Assembly (NCBI GenBank): GCA_965113315.1
Contig: OZ220367.1
Origin: Podarcis vaucheri
Lineage: Eukaryota
Length of the DNA stretch: 64,000 nt
Reading direction: 5' to 3' (one strand)
Part shown: piece by piece, positions 13,021 through 25,117 of the stretch
How positions within the stretch are numbered: position 1 is the first letter of the stretch
Layout: the number at the start of each line of letters is the position of its first letter
Notes under the pieces: model-generated
The model's database searches: none
What the model was told of the DNA's origin: nothing
Seen by the model: only the letters and a program-made list of their open reading frames with translations
Program-made: the position numbers and the translations under genes

Positions 13021-13449
13021 TGACCTTGTTGTCCTTTACTGGTTCACATCAATTGCTTGAATTTAGTGTTCATTCCCTCAGTTCAGGAAGGCTGGAGCTG
13101 TTGCTTTAGTGATGAAGCTGTTCAGATTAGGAGCTGGGTGCTCATTCCTTTCCTGGCTCTCAGCCAGGCCCTGATTCAGGCAGGTGCTTTCACCTTTTCC
13201 CTCTCTTCCTAAGTAACCTCACATGCAGCTATCTGGTAACGCTGGTGTGCTCCCAAATCTCTTGTGTTGCTCACCATCTCCTCTTCTCATATGGCCCTGG
13301 GTGAAATGTGGGTGTTGCTTGATGGCTGGCTTGGAGCCCAGATGTGTGGTGGTCTCCAGACTTGGAGCAGGCATGTCTATATTCAACAGCTCTTCTGAGT
13401 TACTGGGTTACTGAGATCTACTTAGGAGACACACTCTCCTCCCACCCCA

Positions 13450-13820
13450 TTTTCATTTTCATTTCACACTGTATTTTACAACATTACAAATAAAGAAATA
13501 CACAATTTTTATTGACTCCATTTCTCCCTTTCCACTACATATTCTAATTTCTCCCTCTATCTTATTTTTGTCTTCATAGCTCATTAAATTTTTTCACTGC
13601 TGAATTTATTCTGTTACTGTTAACCTCTTAATATGTTTACAATATGTCTTTAAGTATGCCATACAACATTTCCAATCTTCCTCAAATAGTTTTTTTTTAT
13701 CTTGATCTCTTATTCTGTTTGTCAGTCTTGCCATTTCTATATATTCTATTAACTTTGTCTGCCTTTCTTCCTTCATTGATATTGTATCTTCCCTCCATCT
13801 CTGAGCATAAGGAAACATGC
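13450..13820 (-). mobile_element. L1-like LINE 3' end (ORF2 C-terminus plus 3' UTR)
   Basis: ORF 13606..13818 (YAQRWRE...KLIEYIEMARLT...FEEDWK...YLKTYCK) resembles squamate L1 ORF2 C-termini; A-rich minus strand. Confidence 0.65.
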
Positions 13821-14229
13821 TCTTCCTCCAAGGAGACCTCAGAGGGCCAAACCCTGGTAATTAGTGAGCACATGCTAGTCTTTTTAAGCACCAAACTGTT
13901 GAGTGGAGACCATTTGGAATGCCCTTTAAATTAGTGAACATAAGAACTATCATAGTGGTGCACGAACCAGTGGATATGTCTGTTTTTTTAAAAATGCATG
14001 TGCATCAGATAGACCAGCACTAAGAGCCTTCAGCCTGCCTGTTCAGAGCTCATCCCCTTAAGCTTTACGCAGTATGCACTGGATGTGCTCCTGTGACTGG
14101 GAGAGCCCTTGCAGAACACTGTTTTATCCTCCTAAGTGATGACCCGCAGGGCTGGCCTCTTGTCAGAACACTGATTTCTCTCCCTGGAGTGAACACACAC
14201 TCTCTGTCACAATATTTACCTAGCTTCAT

Positions 14230-14545
14230 TTCCCCCCCACTGAGTGATAAATGGAAGCTTGCAGAGTGGCTTCTCCATCAGCAATCAGGTTTGGATCACT
14301 CGGCTTGTTTTATGAGACTGCTGATCCCACTGCACCTCTCTTCCCTCCACACCCCTCAAGTATTAGAACCGATTAGCCACGTCATTAATTCTTCAATTTG
14401 ACGGCTGATATAGCAAGGCCTGAAACACGGGCTGACCCTATATAATAGAACCTCTGCTCCTTAACATATTAATGATGGGAGAAGTTAATTAAAATTCCAC
14501 AGAGCGAAGGTGTCGGCTAACCTATAAACCTGTCGCTTCCAAGAA
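14230..14545. promoter_or_regulatory. Candidate conserved non-coding element/enhancer
   Basis: Repeat-free, CpGs retained, TTTTATGA, TAATTA and CACGTCA motifs; lies in FBXW4 intron 5. No alignment done. Confidence 0.4.
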
Positions 14546-16199
14546 AATGTTGCCACTATCCTAGAAGAAAGTGAGTTTGGGGGCAAGAGTGAGTACTCTT
14601 AGTGTAGTGTGAGAGTCCCCCCCACAAGCTAAACTGAATGTTTAATCTCTTTGGGAAGAGTTAACTTTCGGGTGATTCAGTATCCTTGCCTGACTTTAGG
14701 ATCTTTTTCTCCTTTGATCTACATATGTATATATTTAGGATGCTGAATCATTGCCTTTCTGATGGATCCAAACACTATTATTAATAATTGTTAGCAAACA
14801 GAATATTTTTGCTTCAGTCCAAAATACATTTTAGGTTTGATTCATTTGGCTTTTATCTTACAATCAACAAAACTTATAGATCATATGAAAATATTGGGCA
14901 TTCTGTCTCTGCTCAATTAGGATACTTAGTACTGATATGCAGCCACTTCTGTATAGACGTTGTAAGCAGAAACATATCCTTGGATGTGCTTTGGGTCATC
15001 CTGGCTGCACTTGTCTCAGGGTTTCCTCTCCACATTTGTGATACAGATGACTAGGATACCAGCATGTGCTCAATATCCAGCCACTGTGTATGGCAAAGTT
15101 GAATGCACATTTGACTTTCCTCAAGTCCTGTGGACACACTTTCTTGTTTCCACCTGTGTCTGCAGTCTGATCCAGTTGATTATGGGGTGCGTTCCTTGGT
15201 ACTTTGAGCTAATCTGTTTGGCAGTTTTTCATTGCAACAGAGTTTGCCATATTCAATGAGTACTGCTGGATCTTCTCTTGTTATGCTAATCTTTTGTAGC
15301 ACTATGTTTCTAGGCTAACTCCATAATGGCAATATGTTCATCTGCTTCCTCTGCTACTGCAGTGAGGAAACTGAAGTGATGTGTGTTATCTGAATGGAGG
15401 TTTAACTTGCTATTGATGGTGGCAAATGCACTGTTAAGAGCTCAGCTAGATTTGCTGTGGTTCAGTTTGCAGAACTGAGTGCTTCCCCAAATGGACCATA
15501 ATCTAAAGGTTACTATTAAGGTGGAACTGCAGGGCTGTTCCCTACAGATGATTGTTTAGCTATTCCTCCCTCCCCCCCTAAATACTGCAGTAATTTTTCC
15601 AGCTAAACTTTATTCTCCTTTCCATATGATGGGAGCAATATTGTTATATATTTCTGTTTTGATCCTGTTAACCTATTTGCTTAAATCAATAGCTTTAGAT
15701 TTGTTGAATGGTGGAATCTTGTAGAATATTAAAGATTGTGATAGTGATGCCTTCAGAAAATATACTCTTTCATCATAGCAAATGACGGTGCTCACAGGTT
15801 AGAGGGAAAATATTTAAAATGAATTTCTTCTCTCTGCTGAGCTTGTCAGAGCATTGTAATGAGGAGACAACTATTCTGAGAGACATCATTCTGTTAGGAA
15901 GTTGGCAGCTAATGTCAGGTTCTCCTTTAATGTAGTTCCATAGGTTTATGTAGTACAGCTGCTGCTGTGATTTTAATTTCCGATTTCCAGGTGCAGAGGG
16001 TTTTCCTGTGAGGCTAGGGGAGAAACCCATCTCTTCTACCATTTTGCACAGTGAAGGAGAAAATGCCCGTGTTAGTTTCTCCTGTCACATTGATTACAGT
16101 TCAGGGGTCCCACATAAGACTGCAGGTTTCCATTTCCAGTCAGTGATCTTTCTCCTCCATTTTTCAAACTTCCAAGGGGAGGGATGGAGAAGGTAATTT

Positions 16200-16720
16200 T
16201 CCTGGGCCATGGCCACTGTTTACTTTTGCTTGGCTGTGCAGTGTGCCTTTGTTTTTCCACCTTTGATCAGTGTCCTGCCAGCAGATAATTTAGCAATTGC
16301 ATCCCAGGGTGGAAGTGTGGAGTTAATGTTAAAATTAGTTTTTTTTTAACTTCACTGCCTGATGAAGCAGGGAAGCAAGAGGGGAGGCAACGGGGGCCAT
16401 AAATTCTACTGGTGGTGTATCTGCTTCTTGCAAAAAACAGAGAAAGACCCCCTCAAAAACGTAACTCTCTGATGTCTCCACAGCACTTTCATTAACATTT
16501 AAATTAAGGGTTTGTTTTTCAGCAACTAGGCCTTTCATGGCCTGACTCGTGCAAGGCTGCCTCACTAGTCAGCTACAATAGTAATCATTGCTTTATTTTT
16601 TTTCATCTTTCTCTGGGGAGGGCAGCGACCTGCCAAATGTTCAAAGAGAATCCGCAACAGACCTGCACAGGTACCCAGGCAGCAGGATGCTAGCCTTTCT
16701 CCTTCAATTAGAGAGTTAGT
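16200..16720. promoter_or_regulatory. Candidate conserved non-coding element/enhancer
   Basis: TCF/LEF CTTTGAT 16261 and TTCAAAG 16640; Hox/Cdx CCATAAA 16397; several TAAT cores. Confidence 0.4.
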
Positions 16721-17256
16721 TGTTGTCCATGTTTCTTGTCTTTTTTCCTCTTCCCTTCAAAGGCTTGTTTGGGGCCCATTTGGTATGTGATTGCCTCAGG
16801 TGTAACCAGCACTGGACACCCTTTAAACAAGAACTCATGAGGATGAAGGGTGTATATGGAAAGTGGGAAAGAAGTTTTGAGTGCTCTTTCTCAGCACTGC
16901 TGCCAGCTTCTAAATATGTTAAAACTTGTGTGGGTGAGCTCTTGAGAGGATAAGTTTGTTGGGAGTGTATATCAGAGTGAGCTAAAGAAAACGGGGGCAG
17001 GAAATTGAGCTTTGATGTATATAAATTGCACAGGCATTTTGGTGCTGCAATTTATTTCCAATACAGGACAGCAAATTAGGGCATGCTTAGCAAACTATGT
17101 GGAAACTGTTTTAAAGGCTCAAGTATAGACATCAGGATTGTTCTGGAAGGAATGTTTCATGTTCCAGTAAATAGTGTCTGAAACATGCTGTGCTAATCTC
17201 ATATCATGTGTTGAATCATGTGTTGGCCTAGGGCAAATAACTATCTGGATTTTACA

Positions 17257-17314
17257 CTTGTAGACTGAGAATTTATTCCTTGTAGACTGAGAATTTATTC
17301 CTTATAGACTGAGA
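17257..17314. repeat. 22-bp tandem repeat, about 2.6 copies (cttgtagactgagaatttattc)
   Basis: Read directly: 17257-17278, 17279-17300, partial 17301-17314. Confidence 0.9.
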
Positions 17315-18340
17315 GCCCAAAATATCTTACTACATTAGAGTTATTACATAACTGTTTTTTCCTAAAGACTGAGAACAAAGCACTCTTCTATCAAAATACC
17401 CTAATTTTATGTGTCCTTTGAGCCCCTAAGAACCACGTCACATTATGGTAGAAGCCACAACATGCCAGAAGATGATACTGGGGAGGCAGTTATTTATTTT
17501 GTTTGTTCTTCTGCTGCCTATTCAAGCAGAAATAATCTGGAAATATACAGGAAAGGGAGCATGCTAAACTTGAAGAGATCTGACATTAGTCATAATATTA
17601 AGCACCTGCCATGCAGCCGTATTTCTCTTGGGCCTTTGTGGCCATGCGGTGCCAATTGCCTTCTAAAGCAGTTTCATTTAGTGAGCAGTGTCATGTGACC
17701 AAACTGTTTTGGTAGCCCACGTGTTGCATCAGTTCCAGGAAACCTGATCAGAACTTCAGGCATTTACAGTAACAAGGAGGTGAAAGCTGCCAGCCAGTGT
17801 CTCTGCAGGTGCTAGCTGGATCGAGTTGCAGGGCTGCCATTAAAACTATCCTGTCTGGTGATTAATGTAGGACACAGGACATACACATTCTTATTCTGAC
17901 TCCGTGAAGACCTGTTCTGAAAGCTAAATTGGTCTCTGAATTGCAAGGTTTCCCTGCTCTTTTATATTGTCAACTGTTTGTTTGCCTTGAGTGAGTCTTG
18001 TTGAACAGCTTTATCTTCCGTGCCCTGTTGCAGTTGTATAATCTTTCTGTATCACCTTCAGCAATGGCAAACTGATGTTGGGCCATGTAAACAGCTTGTT
18101 TATATGGCATGTTTTTCATGTAGTAACTTTATCTTTGTTCTCCAGCTTTCAACAATTATGAAGGAACATGGTTACATAACACATTTTCATAAGCAAGAGC
18201 TGCTTGTGTGAATTGGGACAAACAGTTTTGTAGGTATTTGGAGACAAAGCTTTTAGATTGAGATTCTCTCTTTTAAGAGGCACGTAGGATCTCAGGTGTT
18301 GCTTTCTGAGATTGGGACCTGAGTGTCTTGTATGACCCTG

Positions 18341-19911
18341 GTGGTAAGGAAATACCTGGCTACTTTAAATGAATTCAGATCTCCAGGACCTGATGAACTG
18401 CACCCAAGGATACCAAAGGAACTTGCAGATTTAATCTTAGAGCTTATGTTTATGATCTTTGAGAATTCTTAGAGAACAGATGAGGTTTCTGCAGACTGGA
18501 GGTGGGCAAATGTTCATCTTCAAAAATGGAGAAAAGGAAGACCCAGGAAACTACCAGACAGTCAGCTTGGATGTTAATACCAGGCAGCCAGATAAATCTC
18601 ATTTCTTTTTTTGATAGAGTTACAAGCTTGGTGGATCAGGGGAATGCTGTGGACTTAGTGCATCTTGATTTCAGTAAGGCTTTTGACAAGTCCCTAAGAT
18701 ATTCTTGCATATAAGCTAGTAAAATATGGGCTAGACCAGGTACCTGTTAGGTGGATTTGTAGCTGGTTGACTGACTGAACCCAAAGAGTGCTCACCAACA
18801 GTTCCCCATAATCCTGGGGGGGGGGGGAAATGACAAGTAGGGTGCCACAGAGTTTTGTCCTGGGCCTGTTGCTGTTTGACACCTTTATTACTTGCATGAA
18901 GGAATTGAGGGGATGCTCATCAGATTTGCAGATGACACCATAGGTGGATTTAGGGTAGTGCAACCAGTGCTGCTGCACTGGGTGCTTAGCCTAGCGAGTG
19001 CCACAGGGTATCACAACTATGCAGAACAGAAGGTGAGGGGGTGTGGACACCAAATTTTGGACTCATATAGGACACTGCTGAAATTTGAAAGACCAAAGTC
19101 TGTCCCTGGTGACATCAAACTGGGAATAGTAGCTAATAGTGCAGAAGGCAGAATTGGGTTTCCACGTGATCTTAACAGATTGGAAAACTAGGCCAAAACT
19201 AATAAAACACATATCCACAGGGGGAAATGTAAGGTTCTACACTTAGGCAGGAAGAAAGAGCTGCACAAATATAAGATGGGGACACCTGGCTTGCCTATAC
19301 TACATCTGAAAAGGATATAGGGGTCTTAGGCTGCATCAATAGAAGTATAATGTCTTGATCAAGGATAGTAATAGTTCTGCTCTATTTTGCCTTCGTCATA
19401 TCACAGGTGGAGTACTGTGTCCAGTTTTGGGAACCACAGTTTAAGAAAGTTATTGACAAGCTGGAATGTGTACAGAGGAGGGCAACCAAGATGATCAAGG
19501 GCCTGGAAATCAAACCTTATGAGGAATGGTTGAGGGAATTGGGAATGTTTAGCCTGGTAAAGAGGAGACTGAGAAGAGATATGATAGCCATCTTCAAATA
19601 TCTAAAGGGCTGTCACATGAGGATGGAGCAAGCTTGTTTTCTCCTGCTCTGTAGGGTAGGACTTGAACCAATGGCTTCAAATTACAAGACAGGAGATTCT
19701 TTCTGACAAGATCAGGAAGAGCTTTCTGACAGAGCTGTTCAACAGTGGAACAGAGTCCCACAAGAGGTGGTGGACTTTCCTTCCTTGAAGGTTTTGGAGA
19801 TTTAATGGCCATCTATCATAAATGCTTTAGTCGAGATTCCTGCATTGTAGAGGGTTGGAATAGATGACCCTCAGAGTTCCTTCTAACTGTAACATCCTAT
19901 GGTTCTATGAT
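18341..19911 (+). mobile_element. CR1 LINE, 5'-truncated and decayed (RT through 3' tail)
   Basis: ORF remnants [70 protein letters not shown]; frameshifts and deletions; CR1 tail. Confidence 0.93.
18939..19108. mobile_element. About 170-bp MITE-like insertion inside the CR1 RT, just after the FADD codons
   Basis: CR1 sequence gcagatgacac|caaactggg is interrupted; 7-8 bp degenerate duplication (g)atgacac / (g)gtgacat; weak TIRs cataggtggattt / aagtctgtccctg. Confidence 0.65.
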
Positions 19912-20403
19912 GTAAAGAAACACATCAGTCTCAATAACACAGATGAACTGTGTTATTAAAGATAGCAGAAATCTTTGGGCACCCCGCAAAGCACTTATGC
20001 CTATTTTGAGCTAGTAGGACCTTGAATCTGACTCAGTTTGGAGATTGTTAAACATTTTTTTCTCCCGTCATAATTATAATAATGTATTTCACTATATGCT
20101 GTGTATATTAATGACTCACCTATAGTGTTGAGAGTACATGATGACACATTTCTAGAAAATCTTCTTCCTCCAACAAATCACCAGACTGAGGATTGTTTCC
20201 TGTGTATGCTAAAGTGATTGATGCCTTGCTTGAAAGTGTAGATTGTCTGGTCCAGAAAATATGTGAAGCAAATAGCATGTTCTTCATAGTTACTGTGGTG
20301 GTGATGTGCTGTATACTATGAGGAGAGACAAAGGGTAACTTTGGGAACTCTTTAGAAGTGTGGACCCCAGGCTCTCGTTTGACTTGCATATGTGCCCCTA
20401 GAT

Positions 20404-20539
20404 CAGGCAGGGGCAAACTTGGCCCTCCAGATGTTTTGAGACTACAATTCCCATCATCCCTGACCTCTAGTCCTGTTAGCTAGGGATGGTGGGAGTTGTA
20501 GTCCCAAAACATCTAGAGGGCCGAGTTTGCCTATGCCTG
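20404..20539. mobile_element. hAT-type MITE (136 bp), young
   Basis: Near-perfect fold-back arms caggcaggggcaaacttggccctccagatgtttt / aaaacatctagagggccgagtttgcctatgcctg; perfect 8-bp TSD ccctagat (20396-20403, 20540-20547). Confidence 0.92.
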
Positions 20540-21029
20540 CCCTAGATGTTAGTTGGTTGTTGTCACAGGACTTCACTTGCTTTTGAACCAGTTGCTCAGA
20601 TCTGAGGAAATACTCTTCTCCCCACCTTAATTGAATGCTCTGTTCACTTGTTGCAACTAAGTGACTTCTGAGCAGGCCTAGCTTCAGCTTCTGGCACCCT
20701 GAGGCAGCTGCTGCGGTCCAGCATCCTGACAGAAGCCATTGGTGCTGATGCCTGGCCTGGGGCTCCCAGGCCAGGCAGCTATCAACCACTATTTTGAATT
20801 CCCACAGTGTCCTGGAGCTCCCAAAACTGCAGTTTCCCAGGGTATTTAGAGAAATTTTGGGTGGTGACTTCCCAGCTGGCTGCTGCTGCCACCAGGTAAA
20901 CTTGCAGTCAGGTGTGACCCACCTACATAGGAAGGGGACCACCGGGTGGCACTGGCTGGCCTTGCCCCTGGGAAAAACAATATCGGGGTACAGCCTTCTC
21001 CCTCTGTATTTGTGGCATAGTTCCACCTT

Positions 21030-21860
21030 CCCCTGTGGCTTATAAAGGTCTAATGACTCTTTGATTAAATGTAGGTCAAAATTTTCTACATTGTGACCTT
21101 AATAAGTGGGGATGATTGGCAGACAGCCTTGGCAGAAAGGGCGGCCCGTCCCTTTCATCTCCTCTAGTGTCGCTTGGAGACAATGGGCTCAGCATATTTT
21201 CCTTGTTGTTCCTCCTTTGAAAAGGGCCTGGTATCTCTACTAGGTACCTGTGTCATGGGGGTCTTGATTGGGGTCTCATAAAGGGCCTTGCCAGTGTGTC
21301 CAAAGGCCAAGAAGACAAAAGCGATCAGTGGGTGGGGGTCTCAGCTGACCGCCAAGAAGGGAGGGGAGGTTCTTGGAGGCAGTGAAGGGAGAAGCAGCCC
21401 CTGTTGGGAGCTCTTCTAGAGGGGAGGGGGAGAGGAGTGGCCCATTTTTGTCCCAAACTCATCAAGCACATCTGCAGAATTGTCCCAGCTGCTGCCTTCC
21501 AGTTTCAAAAGAAAATGATCGTTTGATAAACCGGCCTGATTTACCGCTTTCTCACAAGGGAGGGAGGCCCACCTTTGACCTCTATGATTTCACATCAGAC
21601 CCGGCTTTTCTTTCCCCTTCCAGTTCTTGGAGAAACTTTGAAATGCATCCCTTGCTTTCTCTCTCTTTCTCTCCCTCTCCCCCTTTACTCTTCTCTGCCC
21701 TTCGCTTTGTTGGGGGGGGGGCAGCGGCGGGAGGAGAACAGGCGTGCGGCTTTGGACTTTAGGAAAGTAATTAGTAAAATCTTCCTGCAGCACAATAAAC
21801 ACTCAGCACCCATCCTGTATATTCCCACCATTTACATGCTTGTGGGCATCCGAGAGAACA
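21030..21860. promoter_or_regulatory. Candidate TCF/LEF-rich enhancer
   Basis: Five CTTTG(A/T) sites, GC-rich with CpGs retained, no repeats. Confidence 0.5.
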
Positions 21861-23274
21861 GGTGGCATTCTTACTGCAGTGTATCTTTTGCCGGCACCCT
21901 CTGTGCCTCTGTGCCTGCTAACTATAGGAATGTGCATGAATATATTAAAATATTTTCACACAATGCATGTATTTTCCAGTGGGAAAAGACATCTCTTGGA
22001 TGAAAGGCAGTGGGCCCCACTGGAGCGCTTGTTCCCACTCGGGTGCTTGTTCACATGGACTAGATAGAAAAGTGTGTTTGGGAGACAGGGGAATAGATTT
22101 CCTCTGGGAAGAGCAAAGCTTTGTGTTCCCTACCCATTCCTCATGTTTTTGGGGGCATAGTACATGGGATTTGAGCAACCGATCATTATTTTGACTACCT
22201 TCTTTTTTGAGGGGGCAGGCAGAAACAGCTGCAGTTCAAAATAGTCCTACAATTCATGCTTTTTTGGGTAGAACAGGCAAGTGCAGAGATAAATCAGGAT
22301 ATATTGGGGTTGAGCTCTTAATGCTTGTTTATGCTCTTAGAGCAGTACACGTAATAGCAGAGGAAGTATTCTAAGAGCTTTCCAGTCTTTCTGTAACTGG
22401 TCACGGAGGAACTTGTGACTGTGCATGACATATAAGAAACATACAACTACATGCCCATTGCATGCAGTTGTATGTTTCTGGTACTGTATGTTGTGCAGTT
22501 ACAAGTTCCATTTCAAATGTTCTGAAATCTTCTGCCAAGGACGCCCAATATAGTACCATAGTGGATTGTTTTAAATCAGGAAAACATGGGCAATATCAAT
22601 AAAATGTATGGCTTTTTAATTTATATGTTTCCTGAACATGCTCACATACAGTTAAGGCACATCTGTTTGCAACTAAGTAGAACTTCTAAGCTATGCAGAA
22701 GCAGAATCTAAAATCTATGCTCATCCACTGCAGAACTTGTATTTGCTTCAGAATGCAATTGTAAAATTAAGGATTTCCCTTTAATTCTCTCTGTGCACTT
22801 GTAAGGACACTAAACAAAATCATGTGTACTTGAAGACTTGTGCTGAGAACTTTCCAGAAGCAAGGGCTGAGTGTTGTTTGGAAGAACAGTATTCCCCATC
22901 ACACAGAAACTAAAAGTCTGTGCTGTTTGGTTCCCAGCCTAAATTTTCATGATTTGCCTAATAATAAATATATTATCTATTGTTATTTATTTATAGTGCT
23001 TGATCTCAGAAGTTACATTCCCTTCACAAGTTCCTTAAAACCTGTTTTTCTCTGTATCTCAATGGGCCTTTTCAGATGTGGTGCTACAATGTGGTTAGCA
23101 TTTACACGAATGATCCTTGGATTTATGAACCCCTATCTCCTCTTCTGAGGCGGCAGTGATATCAGAAGCATCTCCCTCTGTTTTTGAACTAACCGTAGTC
23201 CCCCAGGTTTAGACATAACAGGAATATGGGAACCTCATTCTGCATCAACTGCAGCTTTCGGACTGTCCTTGAGG

Positions 23275-23490
23275 GCTGCCCCACTTAGACTGCATTACAA
23301 TAGTCTAAATGTGAGGTTATCAGAGTGTAAACTGTTGTTAAACTATCCCAGTCCAGGAAAAGCTGTAGCTGGCAAAAAAGCCATAGCTGGGAATAGGCAC
23401 TTCTAGGCCTCAGTGGCCTCAATGACACTATATTCCTTTGGAGGGAGTGCAGCTCCATCCAGAATATGCCATTGTGGGAATCTTCCACAA
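23275..23490 (-). mobile_element. L2-like LINE RT fragment
   Basis: ORF 23285..23497 ends SLTTVYTLITSHLDYCNAV, resembling the L2 motif VHALVTSRLDYCNAL. Confidence 0.75.
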
Positions 23491-23763
23491 TCTGCACCTC
23501 TGTCTTGTCAGGATCCAGGTTTATTGGCCCTTTTCAATCTAGATACTGCTCCAGCAGTTGGTGCAAAATTGTATTTGGCACACAATGTTATCAGTTTACA
23601 GAGGAAATGTAGATGCCACACATCTTCAAACAATTCTAAAATCCTCTTGGAAGAGCACATGGTCTGGGAAAATACTTCTGTCTGAATCCCTGGAGCGTTA
23701 CTGTCGGTCAGTGTTGACACTGCTAAGCTAAATAAGCTAATGGTATAAGGCAGCTTCATATGT

Positions 23764-24767
23764 TCATAGAATCATAGAATTGTAGAGTTGGAAGGAACTC
23801 CAAGGGTCATCTAGTCCAACCCCCTGCAATGCAGGGTTCTCAACTAAAGCATCCATGACCGATGGCGATCCAACCTCTGCTTTAAAACCTCCAAGGAAAG
23901 AGAGTCCACCACCTCTTGTCAGAATGTTTAGTTGGAATCTCCTCTCTTGTAACTTGAATCCATTGGTTTGGCTCCTAGCCTCCAGAGCAGGAGAAAACAA
24001 CCTTACTGCATCCTTCCCATGACAATCCTTTAGATATTTGAAGATAGTTATCATATCTCATCTCAGTCTACTCTTTACCAACTCCCTCAACCATTCTTCA
24101 CAAGGCTTGATTTCCAGACCCCTTATCATGTCCTCAGCATACGTTCCAGCTTGTCAGTATCCTTCTTAAACTGTGGTGCTCAGAATTGGATACAGTACTC
24201 CAGGTGTGGTCTGGCCAAGGCAGAATAGAGTGGGACTATTAATTCCCTTGATCGGGACACTATATTTCTATTGATGCAGCCTAGAATAGCATTCACTCTT
24301 TTTTTGCTGCTGCATCACATGGTTGACTCATGTTAAGCTTGTGGTCTACTAAGACCCCTAGATCCTTTTCACATGTACTGCTGTCCAGCCAAGTGTCCTC
24401 CATCTTATATTTGTGCATACGGTTCTTCCTGCCTAAGTGTAGAACATGACATTTGTCCCTAATTAAATTCATTTTGTTAGTTTGGGCCCAGTTCTCCAAC
24501 TTGTTACGGCCATCTGGAATTCTGATTCTATCTTCTGCGGCATTGGCTACCCCTCTCAGTTTTGTGTCATCTGCAAATTTGATGAGCATACCCTCAATAC
24601 CTTCATCCAAGTCGTTCGTAAAGATGTTGAACAACAAGACCTAGGACAGAACCTCATGACACCTGACTCATCATTTTTCCCCAGGATGACGAGGAACTGT
24701 TAGTGAGCACTCTGGGTTTGGTCAATCAACTGGCTACAAATCCACTTAACAGTAACCTCATCCAGTC
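23764..24767 (-). mobile_element. CR1 LINE, 5'-truncated
   Basis: ORFs 24293..24637 ([26 protein letters not shown]...) and 23764..24054; catagaat tail at 23764. Confidence 0.95.
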
Positions 24768-24874
24768 TTGTGTCAAGGAACCCCTTAGAGACTTTTGAAA
24801 TCAGAAAACCTGACTTTTGCCTGAAAGTAAGCCCTATAAATGTTGGGAAACTTGCTTTCACTAATAGGAATTGG

Positions 24875-24965
24875 TCCACTGAAAGGTAGAGGGATAATAT
24901 CTTTATAAGGCCAACAAACAAAATAGTGACAATTGTGAGCAAGCTTTCAAGTTCTCCAGAACACA
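24875..24965. mobile_element. Penelope-like element terminal fragment
   Basis: tctttataaggccaac...gcaagctttcaagttctccagaac resembles reptile PLE pseudo-LTR ends as recalled. Confidence 0.45.
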
Positions 24966-25079
24966 TTAGACATTATGCAATGGAGGAGAGGTGGGACAGA
25001 GCGAAAAAATTAGAAAACTGGCTTGGTGTTAAAGCCATAACTTCTGCATTTAGTCACAGACTTAGAGTGTGAGAAGTAG

Positions 25080-25117
25080 TACCATATTTAATATATTAAA
25101 TACCATATTTAATATAT
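25080..25117. repeat. 21-bp tandem duplication (taccatatttaatatattaaa)
   Basis: Read directly. Confidence 0.85.

Noticed and set aside
17257-17314. 22-bp direct repeats
   Set aside because: Contiguous tandem duplication without spacers; ordinary minisatellite seed.
20454-21026. 190-aa minus-strand ORF
   Set aside because: No recognisable domain, ends inside a hAT MITE, no splice context; chance ORF in GC-rich sequence.
21373-22003. Overlapping ORFs of 129 and 142 aa
   Set aside because: Low-complexity, no homology; explained by GC-rich regulatory-like sequence.
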